From NCBI GenBank assembly GCA_044227985.1, contig JBGAVT010000001.1, positions 6,216 to 70,215 on the forward strand: 64,000 nt of DNA, read 5' to 3'. Position numbers and translations under genes: made by a program. The notes below the pieces were generated by a model. It saw only the letters and a program-made list of their open reading frames with translations. It did no database searches and was not told the origin of the DNA. Shown piece by piece: positions 17,788 to 28,497 of this stretch (position 1 is its first letter; every line of letters begins with the position of its first letter). The DNA comes from Candidatus Saccharimonadales bacterium. Its GTDB lineage: Bacteria; Patescibacteriota; Saccharimonadia; Saccharimonadales; JAGPDM01.

Positions 17788-19365
17788 TTAAAGTAAATCG
17801 TCTTGTTTCTCACGGAGATACTTGGCCCAATCGTCAAACAAAGCTAAAATCGATTTAAATGGTAGTTCGACCAGAACATCGAGTAGAATAGTGAAAACGT
17901 TAAACCGGGCATACGAATCACTTAGCCACTGCCCTATTCTGACAAAAGGTGTATAGAAAATATCAAACAAAACATTAAGTACGCCAACTTTCTCTCGGAC
18001 TACGGTATATTCTCTTGTCATGGCTGTAATGCGCATTCCAAAAAAACTGACTGTGCTAAAGAATAAAAAGAATAAAAGACCGCTAACAATATTAAAGCCA
18101 AGTAGGAATAACCACATCGCTAACAAAAATATTGAGACAACAAACATGAACCCATACAAACTAGCGAATAGATAGTTACTTTTGTTCTCACGTGGCTTAA
18201 TCTGTTTTTGAGATTCTGGAGCTACTTGAAGTGCTTGAGAGATTTGCTGAATTAATTCCGTCGTATTGCCTTTTTTCGGTTTTTTAATACCTGCTGAAAT
18301 TAAAACCATAAATAGAGGCGGAAATAGAATATTGAGGATTAATGGCAGCCAGCCAATCTGGCCGTGAACAATCAGATCGTATGGAAGCTCTATGAGTAGC
18401 GCCAAGCTAAGTTTAGTTATAACGATGAAGATAATGGCCCGAACGATGGTACGGCGTGTGCGCGCTGAGATTCGACGGTATGCCAGACTTGCAGCATGAA
18501 TTAACTGACTTTCCAAAATATTCCAATTGGTCAACGTGGCTGATGGTGAGACATCTTCTTGCATAACATCGAGCAGGAGACGATATGGAGCCATTTTACG
18601 GCGTATAACTCTTGAGAGTGAGCGCTCAGTATTTCCACGAATTGACTGCTTAGCTGTGTCAGAAAAATCCAAATATCCTATAGAAGTTTTTTCGATAGTA
18701 GTCCGCCAATCTGGAAATACACTGTAGAACATATAATAACGGATACGTGCTGCATCAGATCGAAGCAACAACCTGTGAACTGAGCTAAATAACGCAAACT
18801 GAACTTGTTGCTTTGGTTGATCTTCATAGAATAAAGGATCAAGTCGCGGTAAGAATTGATGAAAGACATAATGAACGTAAGCCTCTTCGCGCGAACGATC
18901 AACCAACAGACGGTCTATCTCACTACTAGCAATCTCAATAATTTCATCTTCTACGCCCGATGAAAGCGACGATTGCGCATGGATTCCGTCAAGCAGTTTT
19001 TGGTAATCGAAAAGAAGCGAGTCAATAATCTGTAAAGTTTCTTGGCTAACATGATCGTTGTCTATATAGCGAGTCTTGACTAGCTCTGAAATTAGGCTTT
19101 GTCCGATATCTTTGGTATTACCAAGCAAACGCCAATTGCGAACTAAAAATCGTTCGATAGCGTTTCGCAAGAATAAATGCTGCTCACGGTATTGCACGGC
19201 ATTACGGAATCGCTCATAAAATTCATAAGCACGTTGGTTGTTTTCGGTAATATGTACGAGTTCGCCACGATTAATCGCTGTGGAAGGTTTATCTTCGAGG
19301 TCATGAATCAATCTACGTGACGGCTCGTTTAGCTGGATTAGACCAACACTCACTTCTTCTGACAT
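17788..19365 (-). CDS. Hypothetical protein: about 300-aa soluble N-domain plus C-terminal polytopic membrane domain
   Basis: 525-aa ORF with several predicted TM helices in the C-terminal 220 aa. No motif I can assign. Confidence 0.45.
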   Translation of the reverse strand: MSEEVSVGLIQLNEPSRRLIHDLEDKPSTAINRGELVHITENNQRAYEFYERFRNAVQYREQHLFLRNAIERFLVRNWRLLGNTKDIGQSLISELVKTRYIDNDHVSQETLQIIDSLLFDYQKLLDGIHAQSSLSSGVEDEIIEIASSEIDRLLVDRSREEAYVHYVFHQFLPRLDPLFYEDQPKQQVQFALFSSVHRLLLRSDAARIRYYMFYSVFPDWRTTIEKTSIGYLDFSDTAKQSIRGNTERSLSRVIRRKMAPYRLLLDVMQEDVSPSATLTNWNILESQLIHAASLAYRRISARTRRTIVRAIIFIVITKLSLALLIELPYDLIVHGQIGWLPLILNILFPPLFMVLISAGIKKPKKGNTTELIQQISQALQVAPESQKQIKPRENKSNYLFASLYGFMFVVSIFLLAMWLFLLGFNIVSGLLFFLFFSTVSFFGMRITAMTREYTVVREKVGVLNVLFDIFYTPFVRIGQWLSDSYARFNVFTILLDVLVELPFKSILALFDDWAKYLREKQDDLL

Positions 19366-19370
19366 GTAAC

Positions 19371-20312
19371 CTATAATAACGCAATATGTTGCGAAATAAT
19401 AGTTTCGAGTTCTTGTAAAGTGCTTGTGTTCATCAGCTCTTGCCTAATTTCGCTGGCGCCATCGCTATCACGCACATACATTTTGGCAAACTTTTTTAAT
19501 CCGGCTGGATTTTTTGTTTCACCGAAATATTCAGAAAAATACTGAACGTGAGTACGGTACATAACAAGTTTCTCTTTTTGCGAGAGAATTTTAAGTTCTT
19601 GCGCAAAACAGGCTGGGTTTGTAAAAATACCGCGACCAATCATTATTCCATCAAGCCTATATTTATCCTGTACAATCTCAGCTTCAGCACGATCAGCAAT
19701 ATCACCATTTCCAATAATTTTAGTTTCTGGTGCATAATGGTCGCGAAGTTTGGCAACTTTCCCTATCTCATCCCAATGGGTTGGAACTTTACTCATTTCT
19801 TTTCGGGTTCGTCCGTGGATTATCAAGCGGCTAAGACCTTGTTTAAGTAGAAATCCACACCACTCCTCGGTTTCAATTTGATTCCAACCAAGACGAGTTT
19901 TGACACTAACTGGTACTTTACCCGCTCCAGCTTTGGTTGCAGCAATTATCTCTGCGGCTTTTTCAGGGGTTTTGATTAATGCGCTGCACGCTCCTTTCCG
20001 AGTGACGACATTTGTCGGACAACCCATGTTGATATCTATCCCGGCATAATCACCACTCTCGGCCAACTCGGCAGCGGTTTTCTCGTAATTCTCTGGGTCA
20101 AGTCCCCAAACTTGGGCTATCAACGGAACGTCTCCTGGCTGTGGTAGTAATTTATGCTTGGTATTTTCTCGTCCTGCGCTCTGGAGACCATCAACGCTTA
20201 CAAACTCAGTGAACATCTCATCGGATGGATAGGTTTCGGAAATTAGTCGACGAAAAGATACATCCGTTACATCGTCCATCGGCGCCAAGATACAATAAGC
20301 TTTCATAGCCAT
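19371..20312 (-). CDS. dus: tRNA-dihydrouridine synthase
   Basis: ILAPMDDVTDVSFRRL…, DINMGCPTNVVTRKGACSALI (catalytic Cys), TIM-barrel FMN enzyme pattern. Confidence 0.85.
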   Translation of the reverse strand: MAMKAYCILAPMDDVTDVSFRRLISETYPSDEMFTEFVSVDGLQSAGRENTKHKLLPQPGDVPLIAQVWGLDPENYEKTAAELAESGDYAGIDINMGCPTNVVTRKGACSALIKTPEKAAEIIAATKAGAGKVPVSVKTRLGWNQIETEEWCGFLLKQGLSRLIIHGRTRKEMSKVPTHWDEIGKVAKLRDHYAPETKIIGNGDIADRAEAEIVQDKYRLDGIMIGRGIFTNPACFAQELKILSQKEKLVMYRTHVQYFSEYFGETKNPAGLKKFAKMYVRDSDGASEIRQELMNTSTLQELETIISQHIALL

Positions 20313-20331
20313 TTATTGTATCAGACAACGT

Positions 20332-20856
20332 CTAGTCGCCAATATTATAGATCAGACACAGAATATTAATATCACCGGAATCAAGTAGTTCTTCAGTAGA
20401 TTTTTCTCCTAAAAACCACCACGTTTTACGTTTCTGCGCATCTAGAGTATGTCCTTCTCTTAGCTCAAGTTTTCTCATAGCTTCTACTAGCAGATGTGGA
20501 ACATTGCCTTCTGATGCTAACCTTTCATATGGATCGCTTTGTTTGCCTTCTTCAGTCTGGTAGTATTCCCTTTCAGATGATTCTTGGTCACGTGTTTTAG
20601 TCGTTCTATCACTAAAGCTGAAAATATTCGGCTTACTACCCCTACTCTTTCCTATTTCTTCTTCAGCTATAATTATTCGCTCGAAGATGGAGTCAGTTTG
20701 AGATTGACTAATCGTTGCTGGTGAATTTGATAGTTCAGGCTGAGGTCGCTTCTCAGCAGTCTCAATCTTGTTAATTGCTTTATCTACATCTCGATCTGTA
20801 TAAGATATAGCTGGATTGACTGGTCGTTGCGTTTCAATATTCATAATGTAATACAA
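20332..20856 (-). CDS. Hypothetical acidic low-complexity protein
   Basis: ORF only; E/S/Q-rich, no motifs. Confidence 0.35.
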   Translation of the reverse strand: MYYIMNIETQRPVNPAISYTDRDVDKAINKIETAEKRPQPELSNSPATISQSQTDSIFERIIIAEEEIGKSRGSKPNIFSFSDRTTKTRDQESSEREYYQTEEGKQSDPYERLASEGNVPHLLVEAMRKLELREGHTLDAQKRKTWWFLGEKSTEELLDSGDINILCLIYNIGD

Positions 20857-21190
20857 TACTCATAATGTTTAAGTGAACACTTAAACTATAACAACACTCA
20901 AAACTAAATCAAGAGGTAAATAAAACAATAATTATATAAATGCAAAATTGCAGGTGTGGAACTCTAATTTACTCAAGATAAATTATACTTGGCGATGCTA
21001 GCTGTTAAATAGTTTTTTAATTATAATAAATTTCATAGAAGATTAGGTTAATTCTTGTGCTTGCTTAAAATAAGGGAAAGCAAATAATACAAAAAAAATT
21101 TAATTAATACCGATAGTATGCTATAGAAAGCTGAAATACTGCTTCTTTCTAATCTTTAAGAAGGATGGTTAGCCACTCTGCTGAATTCGA

Positions 21191-22723
21191 TTACTCCCAC
21201 TCAATAGTACCGGGAGGCTTACTTGTTACATCGTAAACTACACGATTAATGCCACGGACTTCGTTCACAACTTTGGTTGATATATCTTGCAAAACTTTGT
21301 GCGGGAATTGGTACCAATCGGCGGTCATAACATCATCACTAGTAACACAACGAATAGCAAGGACTGATTCGTACGTCCGTTCATCGCCCATAACACCGAC
21401 TGTTTTGATAGGAAGTAGCACGCTAAAAGCTTGCCAAATTTCATCGTATAAACCAGCCTGTTTGATCTGATCAATTACGATTGCATCAGCATTCTGTAGT
21501 AGTTGAACTCTATCTTTAGTGATCTCGCCGAGAATTCTAACAGCTAAACCAGGACCTGGGAACGGATGTCTGTTAACTAAATCAGCTTTAATGCCTAGCT
21601 CACGGCCAACTTTCCTAACTTCATCCTTAAATAATTCACGCAGAGGTTCAATTAAGCTAAGATCCATCTTTTCTGGCAGACCACCAACATTGTGATGGCT
21701 CTTAATTACCGAGCTCGGTCCGTGCACCGAAACGCTCTCAATTACATCAGGATACAAAGTACCTTGGACAAGAAAATCTACTTCGCCGAGCTTATTAGCC
21801 TCTTCCTGGAAAACTTCAATAAATTCATTGCCAATAATCTTACGCTTCTTTTCTGGGTCAGTTACGCCGTCTAGCAATTTCAAGAATCGATCAGATGCAT
21901 CAACATGTATTACATTCAATCCTTCGACATCCTCGTACGCTTCCATGACTTGCTCGGCTTCGTCTTTACGAAGCAAACCGGTGTCGACAAAAATACAGGT
22001 TTGCTGATCGCCAATCGCTTTAGCAACCAGGCTGGATGCAACTGAGCTATCAACTCCACCACTCAATCCAGAAATCACTTTCTTATCACCAACTTTGGCT
22101 TTAATTTGTGCGACGGTGTCATCGATAAAGCTACTCATGCTCCAATCACCAGCGAAATCTGATATCTCAAACAAGAAGTTTTTAATCAGTTGTGTGCCAT
22201 CAGCTGTATGAGTTACCTCAGGGTGGAACTGGACGCCATAGCGTTTTAAAGCTTCATTAGATGCGGCTGCAATTGTGTTTTTTGTCTGGGCAATTTGTTC
22301 AAAGTTCTCTGGCAAAGCTGTAACTTTATCGAAGTGGCTCATCCAGACAGTTTTGTCATTAAAGTCCTTAAACAGATCAGAGTCTTTGGTTGTGATATCG
22401 GCCCGCCCATATTCACGTTTATCTCCCCGACCGACGGTTCCACCGTAGTGCTTAGCCATTATTTGTAGACCGTAGCAGATTCCGAGCATCGGAATCTCTA
22501 GATCAAATACTTTCGGATCTGGGGCAAATGGGACTTCGTCGGCGTGGACACTGCCAGGACCGCCACTCAAGATTATCGCTTTTGGATTTTTGGCTTTTAT
22601 CTCTTCTAAGCTGGTCGAAAACGGCACAATCTCGGCGTAAACTCCCTGTTCCCTGACTCGTCTAGCGATTAGCTGTGTGTACTGAGCTCCGAAATCTAGT
22701 ATCAATAAAAGTTCATGTTTCAT
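21191..22723 (-). CDS. guaA: GMP synthase (glutamine-hydrolysing)
   Basis: Class-I GATase N-domain ([18 protein letters not shown]…, catalytic GICYG) and PP-loop ATP-PPase SGGVDSSV; C-terminal …PPGTIEWE. Confidence 0.95.
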   Translation of the reverse strand: MKHELLLILDFGAQYTQLIARRVREQGVYAEIVPFSTSLEEIKAKNPKAIILSGGPGSVHADEVPFAPDPKVFDLEIPMLGICYGLQIMAKHYGGTVGRGDKREYGRADITTKDSDLFKDFNDKTVWMSHFDKVTALPENFEQIAQTKNTIAAASNEALKRYGVQFHPEVTHTADGTQLIKNFLFEISDFAGDWSMSSFIDDTVAQIKAKVGDKKVISGLSGGVDSSVASSLVAKAIGDQQTCIFVDTGLLRKDEAEQVMEAYEDVEGLNVIHVDASDRFLKLLDGVTDPEKKRKIIGNEFIEVFQEEANKLGEVDFLVQGTLYPDVIESVSVHGPSSVIKSHHNVGGLPEKMDLSLIEPLRELFKDEVRKVGRELGIKADLVNRHPFPGPGLAVRILGEITKDRVQLLQNADAIVIDQIKQAGLYDEIWQAFSVLLPIKTVGVMGDERTYESVLAIRCVTSDDVMTADWYQFPHKVLQDISTKVVNEVRGINRVVYDVTSKPPGTIEWE

Positions 22724-22744
22724 TAACTAATTTTACCAGATTTT

Positions 22745-23275
22745 CTATCTGTTATCGAGGCCAGTTTGCAATAAATCGAATGCAATTAGTTCAAACCCCT
22801 TATTTGTCCAATTTGTGTCCTTAGCTTTATAAACCTTCTCTAGCTGCTCGATACTAACCCACTTAGTCTCTTCTACTTCCTGTTCTTCAAGTTTTAGCTC
22901 TAAGTTATCAGACTCAACCACTACACTGAATATCCATTTGATTTTGTTTAAGTAATGATACGAATAGGCTAAGACTAATCCCAACTGTTGTGGCTCCGCG
23001 ACTATGCCGACCTCTTCTCTCAGCTCCTTGATTGCAGTTTGAACTGGAGTCTCGCCAGGCGCCGCGTGACCACCAAAAGTTACTGTCCATTTTGATGGGT
23101 TTGTATCTACGCCAGCTGCCCGCTTATGGCATAAGATTCTGCCACCACTTACCACCAAGACGCTACTTGTTCTTGTCCAGCTGTCACTAGCCAGAACTTC
23201 AGACCTTTTACCAGATCCAATTGGCTGGTCTAGTTTGTCGACAATTAATATTTCTTCGTTGCTATTAATACTCAT
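22745..23275 (-). CDS. NUDIX hydrolase
   Basis: Nudix box GGHAAPGETPVQTAIKELREEVGI (Gx5Ex7REuxEExGu). Confidence 0.8.
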   Translation of the reverse strand: MSINSNEEILIVDKLDQPIGSGKRSEVLASDSWTRTSSVLVVSGGRILCHKRAAGVDTNPSKWTVTFGGHAAPGETPVQTAIKELREEVGIVAEPQQLGLVLAYSYHYLNKIKWIFSVVVESDNLELKLEEQEVEETKWVSIEQLEKVYKAKDTNWTNKGFELIAFDLLQTGLDNR

Positions 23276-23290
23276 ACAAGTTTATTGTAA

Positions 23291-23318
23291 CAAAAAAAAC
23301 ACCTCCTACTGGAGGTGT
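23291..23318 (-). terminator. Intrinsic terminator for the 67-aa gene
   Basis: Perfect 8-bp stem ACACCTCC-TACT-GGAGGTGT, followed on the minus strand by TTTTTTTT. Confidence 0.65.
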
Positions 23319-23339
23319 CTAGAAAAAGTTAGTTTGAAA

Positions 23340-23543
23340 CTAAGCTTTTTTCTTAAGAGTTAAGAAACCGTTTCGCGGATTCTCAGCAACTTGTCGATCG
23401 CTTGGAAGTTCATTGACTTCATCATCAGGACGAACGTCCTTCGCGAAAAAATAGATTGTTTGTTGTTTGCCACCACGAAGTGTTACATCTTTACTGTGCA
23501 AGTAATATGTTACACCTTTTGAATTTGTATGTGAGTAAGCCAT
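23340..23543 (-). CDS. Small hypothetical protein (67 aa), monocistronic
   Basis: MAYSHTNSKGVTYYLHSKDVTLRGGKQQTIYFFAKDVRPDD…. Own terminator and upstream AT-rich promoter region. No assignable family. Confidence 0.4.
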   Translation of the reverse strand: MAYSHTNSKGVTYYLHSKDVTLRGGKQQTIYFFAKDVRPDDEVNELPSDRQVAENPRNGFLTLKKKA

Positions 23544-23718
23544 TTAACTCCCCTCGTTATCTGTTAGTGTCTTTACACTACTCGGTGCACTATTTCTTGT
23601 CAACAGGTGTGGTACAGATTACACCAGATTGAATGTAGGTAATTAAAAGCAATTCTAGACGAAAGCAATGTAAATTGCTACACTAAAAACCATAAGTACT
23701 AACAAGTGGGAGAACAAG

Positions 23719-24492
23719 ATGGAATTTCAAAAGAAGACGAATAGTTCTGATAATAATTCTGGTGGACTTGGGGGATTGACACCGTCACGTAGCGACGAAC
23801 AACCAAATGAACAGCCGAGAGTATCGAGTCCGCCACCGATTAACGTACCTGACAGCAAACCAGTAAAGGCAGTTGCAGCACCACGATTCGGTGAGCCAAG
23901 TGGAGCTAGTAAAATATTAGTCATCCTTTTGATCATATCAAGCTTAATTTTTATCACTGCTATGAGCTTACAATTAGCAGATAGTTTAAGTAACAAAGAC
24001 AGCGGTCTGCAATACGACGTCGATAAGATTTACCTAGTAACACTCGGAAATGACCAAACTTATGCTGGTAAATTATCGAGGATCAATGATGAGTTCTTTC
24101 TGCTCAACGAGACATACCAAGTATCTCTAGAAGACAATCAACCTGTAGTAGTGAGACCTTCTGATGGCAAATTTGGCGTAGAAAATACTCTCTACCTAGA
24201 CATTACAGATGTTGTCTACTGGCAGGCAATCCCAGATGACAGCACACTTGGCCAGTTGATCAGCAACTACAAAAATACAAGTAAGTCTAACCTTCAAGAA
24301 AAGACCACTGAATCTGAAGTCCCAGCCACAGAGCAACCAACAAAAACCGAAGGCAAAGTCGAATCACCTGAGACTAGCAAGCCTGCTCCAACTAACGGAC
24401 AAAAGACTAACCCAATAGATATGGGAACAGGCGCTACTCAAAGCCCAAATCCTAATGATGCACAAAAACTTAATGACGGCCTCAGCCAATAG
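23719..24492 (+). CDS. Hypothetical membrane-anchored protein with Pro/Ser-rich N-terminus
   Basis: Disordered N-terminus, single TM (ILVILLIISSLIFITAMSL), extracytoplasmic domain, T/P/E-rich tail. Confidence 0.45.
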   Translation: MEFQKKTNSSDNNSGGLGGLTPSRSDEQPNEQPRVSSPPPINVPDSKPVKAVAAPRFGEPSGASKILVILLIISSLIFITAMSLQLADSLSNKDSGLQYDVDKIYLVTLGNDQTYAGKLSRINDEFFLLNETYQVSLEDNQPVVVRPSDGKFGVENTLYLDITDVVYWQAIPDDSTLGQLISNYKNTSKSNLQEKTTESEVPATEQPTKTEGKVESPETSKPAPTNGQKTNPIDMGTGATQSPNPNDAQKLNDGLSQ

Positions 24493-24516
24493 TTAGTTAT
24501 TATTATTTAGTACATT

Positions 24517-25104
24517 CTACAGACCATCGATATCGCCTTTGTAGTAGGCTAACTCCGCTCGGAAAAATCTCCAGATAACAAGACAAAGTCCATAAATTCC
24601 ACTCAACGCAGCTACGACTAAGCTCATACCGGCCAAGTCATAGCTAATTATTGGGGCACTAAATGAATAATTAAACAGTTTTTTATCTGGAACTTGGGTG
24701 AGAGCCACTTGTTTCGTCCCAAGCTGTGCTAGTTTTTGGTTTATATGATCTTTTACGCAGGGCTTAGTCGAATCAATGAAACCACCGCTGGCACACGAGG
24801 CGGGTAAATCCGCAAAAATATCTGATGGTTTACCATTAACATCGGTAGTAGTTTCAAGCACTTTTTTAGTAGCCCTTTCATAACTGTATTTTAGAGGGAC
24901 ATCAGTACTTGTCCCCATGTGTTTAGCGATGTAATCGCGAAGCACATTTAACGGTTCATCAATTGGCTCGTTCTGCTTGTCTGCTATAAAGACGTCTTCA
25001 CGCAACAATGCCATCTTTATGTTGTTCTGTCGGACAGCATGTATACCAATAGCTGCGGTTACTATACAAATTATAAATAAATGCCATGGTTTTATATGTT
25101 TCAT
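24517..25104 (-). CDS. Hypothetical membrane protein (N- and C-terminal TM helices)
   Basis: ORF with two terminal hydrophobic helices. No motifs. Confidence 0.45.
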   Translation of the reverse strand: MKHIKPWHLFIICIVTAAIGIHAVRQNNIKMALLREDVFIADKQNEPIDEPLNVLRDYIAKHMGTSTDVPLKYSYERATKKVLETTTDVNGKPSDIFADLPASCASGGFIDSTKPCVKDHINQKLAQLGTKQVALTQVPDKKLFNYSFSAPIISYDLAGMSLVVAALSGIYGLCLVIWRFFRAELAYYKGDIDGL

Positions 25105-25145
25105 GCGAATTCCAAACTTCTTATGTCTATCATATCATTATTACG

Positions 25146-25173
25146 CTTGATACTTGATACTTGATACTTGATA
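25146..25173 (+). repeat. Four perfect tandem copies of heptamer CTTGATA immediately upstream of murC
   Basis: gCTTGATAcTTGATAcTTGATAcTTGATActaaaag. Each unit contains the -35-like hexamer TTGATA. Confidence 0.9.
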
Positions 25174-25182
25174 CTAAAAGCT

Positions 25183-26433
25183 ATGCATGTATATTTTTCT
25201 GGGATCGGAGGGGCTGGGATCGGTCCTCTCGCGCTATTGGCTCTCGATAGTGGCTATCAAGTAAGCGGTAGCGACATTACACACAGTTGGTTCATTGATG
25301 AACTAATAGCTCGAGGCGCACAAATAAATATCAGCCTGCCGGACAGTATATTTCTTAGTGAGAAAATAAAAGCAGTTAATCCCCCAACCTGGCTAGTGCA
25401 AACTTCTGCGCTACCAAATAACCATCCAGAATTAGTACTAGCAAGAGAAGCTGGATTACAAACTAGTAAGCGTGCCGAATTTTTATTACATATTCTGAAA
25501 AAACACAACCAAAAGCTTATCGCCGTCAGCGGTACCCACGGAAAAACTACTACAACCGGAATGCTGATTTGGTTGGCGAGACAATTAAATATATCTGTAA
25601 GCTACTTAATTGGTACTAATATTTCTTGGGGTCCAAACGCGATGCTAGCAGCAAGATCTCGTTGGTTTATATATGAGGCAGATGAATACGATCGAAACAT
25701 GCTACAATTTCACCCAGAAATTGCAGTCGTTCCAAGCCTTGATTATGATCACCCAGACATTTATCCGACAGTCGGAGATTACCGCCAGGCGTTCATACAG
25801 TTTGCTCAACAGAGTCAAGTAATCATCACTAGTCCAGAGATTGAACACCTGCAAGAAACTGAAGCCTTATATCCCGACAGTGCGTTACTTGATGATATAA
25901 CTTTACCGGGGATTCACAGTCGGAATAACGCTTCGCTTGCTATCACTGCTTTTAAGCAGGCGGGGTTATCTAATGATACTAATGCATTAATAACAGCTAT
26001 CAACAATTTTCCAGGTACAGCTAGACGATTTGAAAAACTAGCCGATAACTTGTACACCGATTATGCTCATCATCCGGTTGAAATAGCTGCCACACTGCAA
26101 CTTGCTCGAGAGATTTCTGATAATGTTGTGGTGGTGTATCAACCACATCAGGACAGAAGACAACGTGAAATCCGAGACCAATATGCTGATGCTTTCAAGC
26201 ATGCCAGTAAAATCTACTGGCTTCCCACCTATGAGCCAATAGGTCGCTCTAGTCAGGCCCCCTTAACTCAAGCTGAGTTGATGACATCACTCAACAACAG
26301 CGAAATTGCCAAGTCTGCAAGCTTGGATGAAAGCCTCGTCGATATTATCAACAAAGAACGTACAGAAGGTAAGCTTGTGCTGTGTTTTTCAGCTGGAACG
26401 CTTGATGCTTTTTTACGCGATAATCTAGTCTAA
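25183..26433 (+). CDS. murC: UDP-N-acetylmuramate--L-alanine ligase (MurC-type Mur ligase)
   Basis: N-terminal HVYFSGIGGAGIGPLA, P-loop GTHGKTTTTGM, EADEYDRNMLQF, DYDHPDIY – Mur ligase motifs in MurC order. ATG at 25183 preferred over the TTG at 25168 that lies inside the repeat. Confidence 0.7.
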   Translation: MHVYFSGIGGAGIGPLALLALDSGYQVSGSDITHSWFIDELIARGAQINISLPDSIFLSEKIKAVNPPTWLVQTSALPNNHPELVLAREAGLQTSKRAEFLLHILKKHNQKLIAVSGTHGKTTTTGMLIWLARQLNISVSYLIGTNISWGPNAMLAARSRWFIYEADEYDRNMLQFHPEIAVVPSLDYDHPDIYPTVGDYRQAFIQFAQQSQVIITSPEIEHLQETEALYPDSALLDDITLPGIHSRNNASLAITAFKQAGLSNDTNALITAINNFPGTARRFEKLADNLYTDYAHHPVEIAATLQLAREISDNVVVVYQPHQDRRQREIRDQYADAFKHASKIYWLPTYEPIGRSSQAPLTQAELMTSLNNSEIAKSASLDESLVDIINKERTEGKLVLCFSAGTLDAFLRDNLV

Positions 26434-26439
26434 ATCTAA

Positions 26440-27240
26440 TTATTTCTTAGGAAACCACGGGAAGAAAATAGGTGTTTTCTTTGCATAGTCTTGAAAATCT
26501 TTACGGTCTTTGTATTTCTTTTCGAGAATCGGGACACCTGATATATAGCGAAGCAGTAGCGTAATTGTTATTGGACCGACTAATACCCATAGACCACAAC
26601 CCGGGAAATTCCAACCTAGTTTCTCCATTGAAGCCAGCGAGATCAGGCCAACTCCCCACCACTGCATGGCCTCTCCGAAATAGTTCGGATGACGAGAGAA
26701 TGCCCATACTCCTTGGGTTAATATACCTTTTTTTCCATACTTAAGATGCATTTTAAGATGATAATCCGCCGTAGCTTCCATAAAAAAGCCAAATATCCAA
26801 ATGAGAACTCCTGGCAGAATCAACCAGCCCCAGCTGTTGTAAACAGGTTGGAGCGTCGTTACAGCATGTATTACAGGCAGGCTGATGATGAACATCATTG
26901 CAGCTTGTAGCATAAAAATTTGGAAATAAGCACGAAGGTAGACCCACTTGCCCCATTCTTTGCGCCACTGGGCATAGCGCCAATCTTCACCAGCCTTACT
27001 GTTGCGACTATAAATGTGCGACAACAGGCGTACTCCCCATGCGGTAACCAGTCCTACGACTAGTAATGAACGGGTTTGCCAATTATTTGATAACAGTAAC
27101 ATTGACCAGGCTACTAGGACAAAGCCAAAGCCCCAACCAATGTCTACAATAGAGTTATCTTTCTTTATTTGAGCAAAAATAAAAAGTGCATTAAAATATA
27201 TAAAAATAACAAGTGCAGCCGCCATTAATGATTCAATCAT
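26440..27240 (-). CDS. DUF1295 / steroid-5alpha-reductase-like integral membrane protein
   Basis: Polytopic membrane protein with the C-terminal SRHPNYFGE motif typical of the DUF1295/ICMT-like family. Confidence 0.65.
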   Translation of the reverse strand: MIESLMAAALVIFIYFNALFIFAQIKKDNSIVDIGWGFGFVLVAWSMLLLSNNWQTRSLLVVGLVTAWGVRLLSHIYSRNSKAGEDWRYAQWRKEWGKWVYLRAYFQIFMLQAAMMFIISLPVIHAVTTLQPVYNSWGWLILPGVLIWIFGFFMEATADYHLKMHLKYGKKGILTQGVWAFSRHPNYFGEAMQWWGVGLISLASMEKLGWNFPGCGLWVLVGPITITLLLRYISGVPILEKKYKDRKDFQDYAKKTPIFFPWFPKK

Positions 27241-27255
27241 AAGTTTATAGTACCA

Positions 27256-27891
27256 TTACGTTCGTTCAGCCGCCAGGATGCCAATAGGTAAACCTGCATC
27301 GCGCCAGAACCGCTCGTACTTAGTCTGGTAAAAGATTGGACCGTCACCTAACTCTGGAAGATCAGTCTCAAGTCCGACAATTTCAAAATCAGGATGATTC
27401 TCGACCGACTCAGCACCACTAGCAAGCAACATTGAATTATCAGTTTTTAAAAAGAATTGAGATTTTGGTGCTAAGACTGCTTTGTAGCCATCAAGGAAAT
27501 TCTTATTTGTCATGCGGCGTTTCACCTGGCTCTTTTTAAAATACGGATCAGGAAACGTCATCCAAAATTGTGAAATGCTCTGGCTTGGAAAATGTGCGCT
27601 GATTGATTCAGCATCGGCATTCAAGAAACAAATATTTTCTAGCTTTTCCTCACTAGCTTGTCGAGCTCCCTGCCAAAGCCGGTCGCGTTTCTTGTCAATT
27701 GCCACAATCTGGTAATTTGGGAAATTTCTGGCATATTCTAGGGAAAACTCAGCACTACCGGCGCCCATCTCGACCACCAATGGTTTGTCTGGTAGCTTAA
27801 AGTCACACCAACTATTACTATCGAAGCAATTGTTTGACTGGTGAAATTTTGCATACTTATATAACTTGCGTCGTCGATGTCCCATTTGCAT
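27256..27891 (-). CDS. trmB: tRNA (guanine46-N7)-methyltransferase
   Basis: SAM-binding VVEMGAGSAEF and FPDPYFKK (FPDPW-type) motif. Confidence 0.85.
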   Translation of the reverse strand: MQMGHRRRKLYKYAKFHQSNNCFDSNSWCDFKLPDKPLVVEMGAGSAEFSLEYARNFPNYQIVAIDKKRDRLWQGARQASEEKLENICFLNADAESISAHFPSQSISQFWMTFPDPYFKKSQVKRRMTNKNFLDGYKAVLAPKSQFFLKTDNSMLLASGAESVENHPDFEIVGLETDLPELGDGPIFYQTKYERFWRDAGLPIGILAAERT

Positions 27892-27921
27892 ATTTTACAT
27901 TTATTTTATATAACTAAGCAA

Positions 27922-28497
27922 ATGAATTCAGCTATTGAAGAAATTCGAAGACTGGCAAAGCCAAATCTAGACGCACAACAAATACCGCGTGAGAGTTTTG
28001 AGCTGCGAAAACTTGAATTCGGCAGACACGCTATCGCATTTGCAACGAGATCCGATCTATCGATGCTTGATCACGCAGAAATAACTAAACAAATGACCAC
28101 TCCGCAAGCAGATGACTATTGGCTGGAATATTTTACTAGCTTACACGAACTTGATGATGAGCGACTTGGACAGTTGCGTAATCTTGCAGAATACATACCC
28201 GATAAAACAATAGATACTTTTGAGATTAACGGCGAGGTAATTACATCTGGAGAACGAAGAAGAACGAGGGCGTTAGCTATCACTATATCAATTAGAGATA
28301 GTTGCCAAGTAGACTCGAGAATACATTCTCTTGCCGTAGGAATTATTGAATTTGATTACACGGAAAACGAGATCACCACTGCTGCGCGATATGAGATAGG
28401 TAAGTTAAGAGACATCAGAAGAAAGCCGAACGAGAGTATCGCCGAGCTGATTCCCGAAGGAGTAAGCTTGAGGACCGTGTACACTGATCTACTTTAA
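27922..28497 (+). CDS. Hypothetical protein
   Basis: ORF; ATG at 27922 (MNSAIEEIRRLAK…). No motifs. Confidence 0.4.
   Translation: MNSAIEEIRRLAKPNLDAQQIPRESFELRKLEFGRHAIAFATRSDLSMLDHAEITKQMTTPQADDYWLEYFTSLHELDDERLGQLRNLAEYIPDKTIDTFEINGEVITSGERRRTRALAITISIRDSCQVDSRIHSLAVGIIEFDYTENEITTAARYEIGKLRDIRRKPNESIAELIPEGVSLRTVYTDLL

Noticed and set aside
20857-21190. Possible ncRNA in the 330-bp AT-rich spacer between guaA and the upstream hypothetical gene (inverted repeat GTTTAAGTG-AA-CACTTAAAC at 20876-20895)
   Set aside because: The region is very AT-rich and looks like a divergent promoter/5'UTR spacer. The single hairpin abuts the start of the 20332..20856 gene and is more likely an operator or 5'UTR stem than a gene. 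There is not enough evidence to call a feature.
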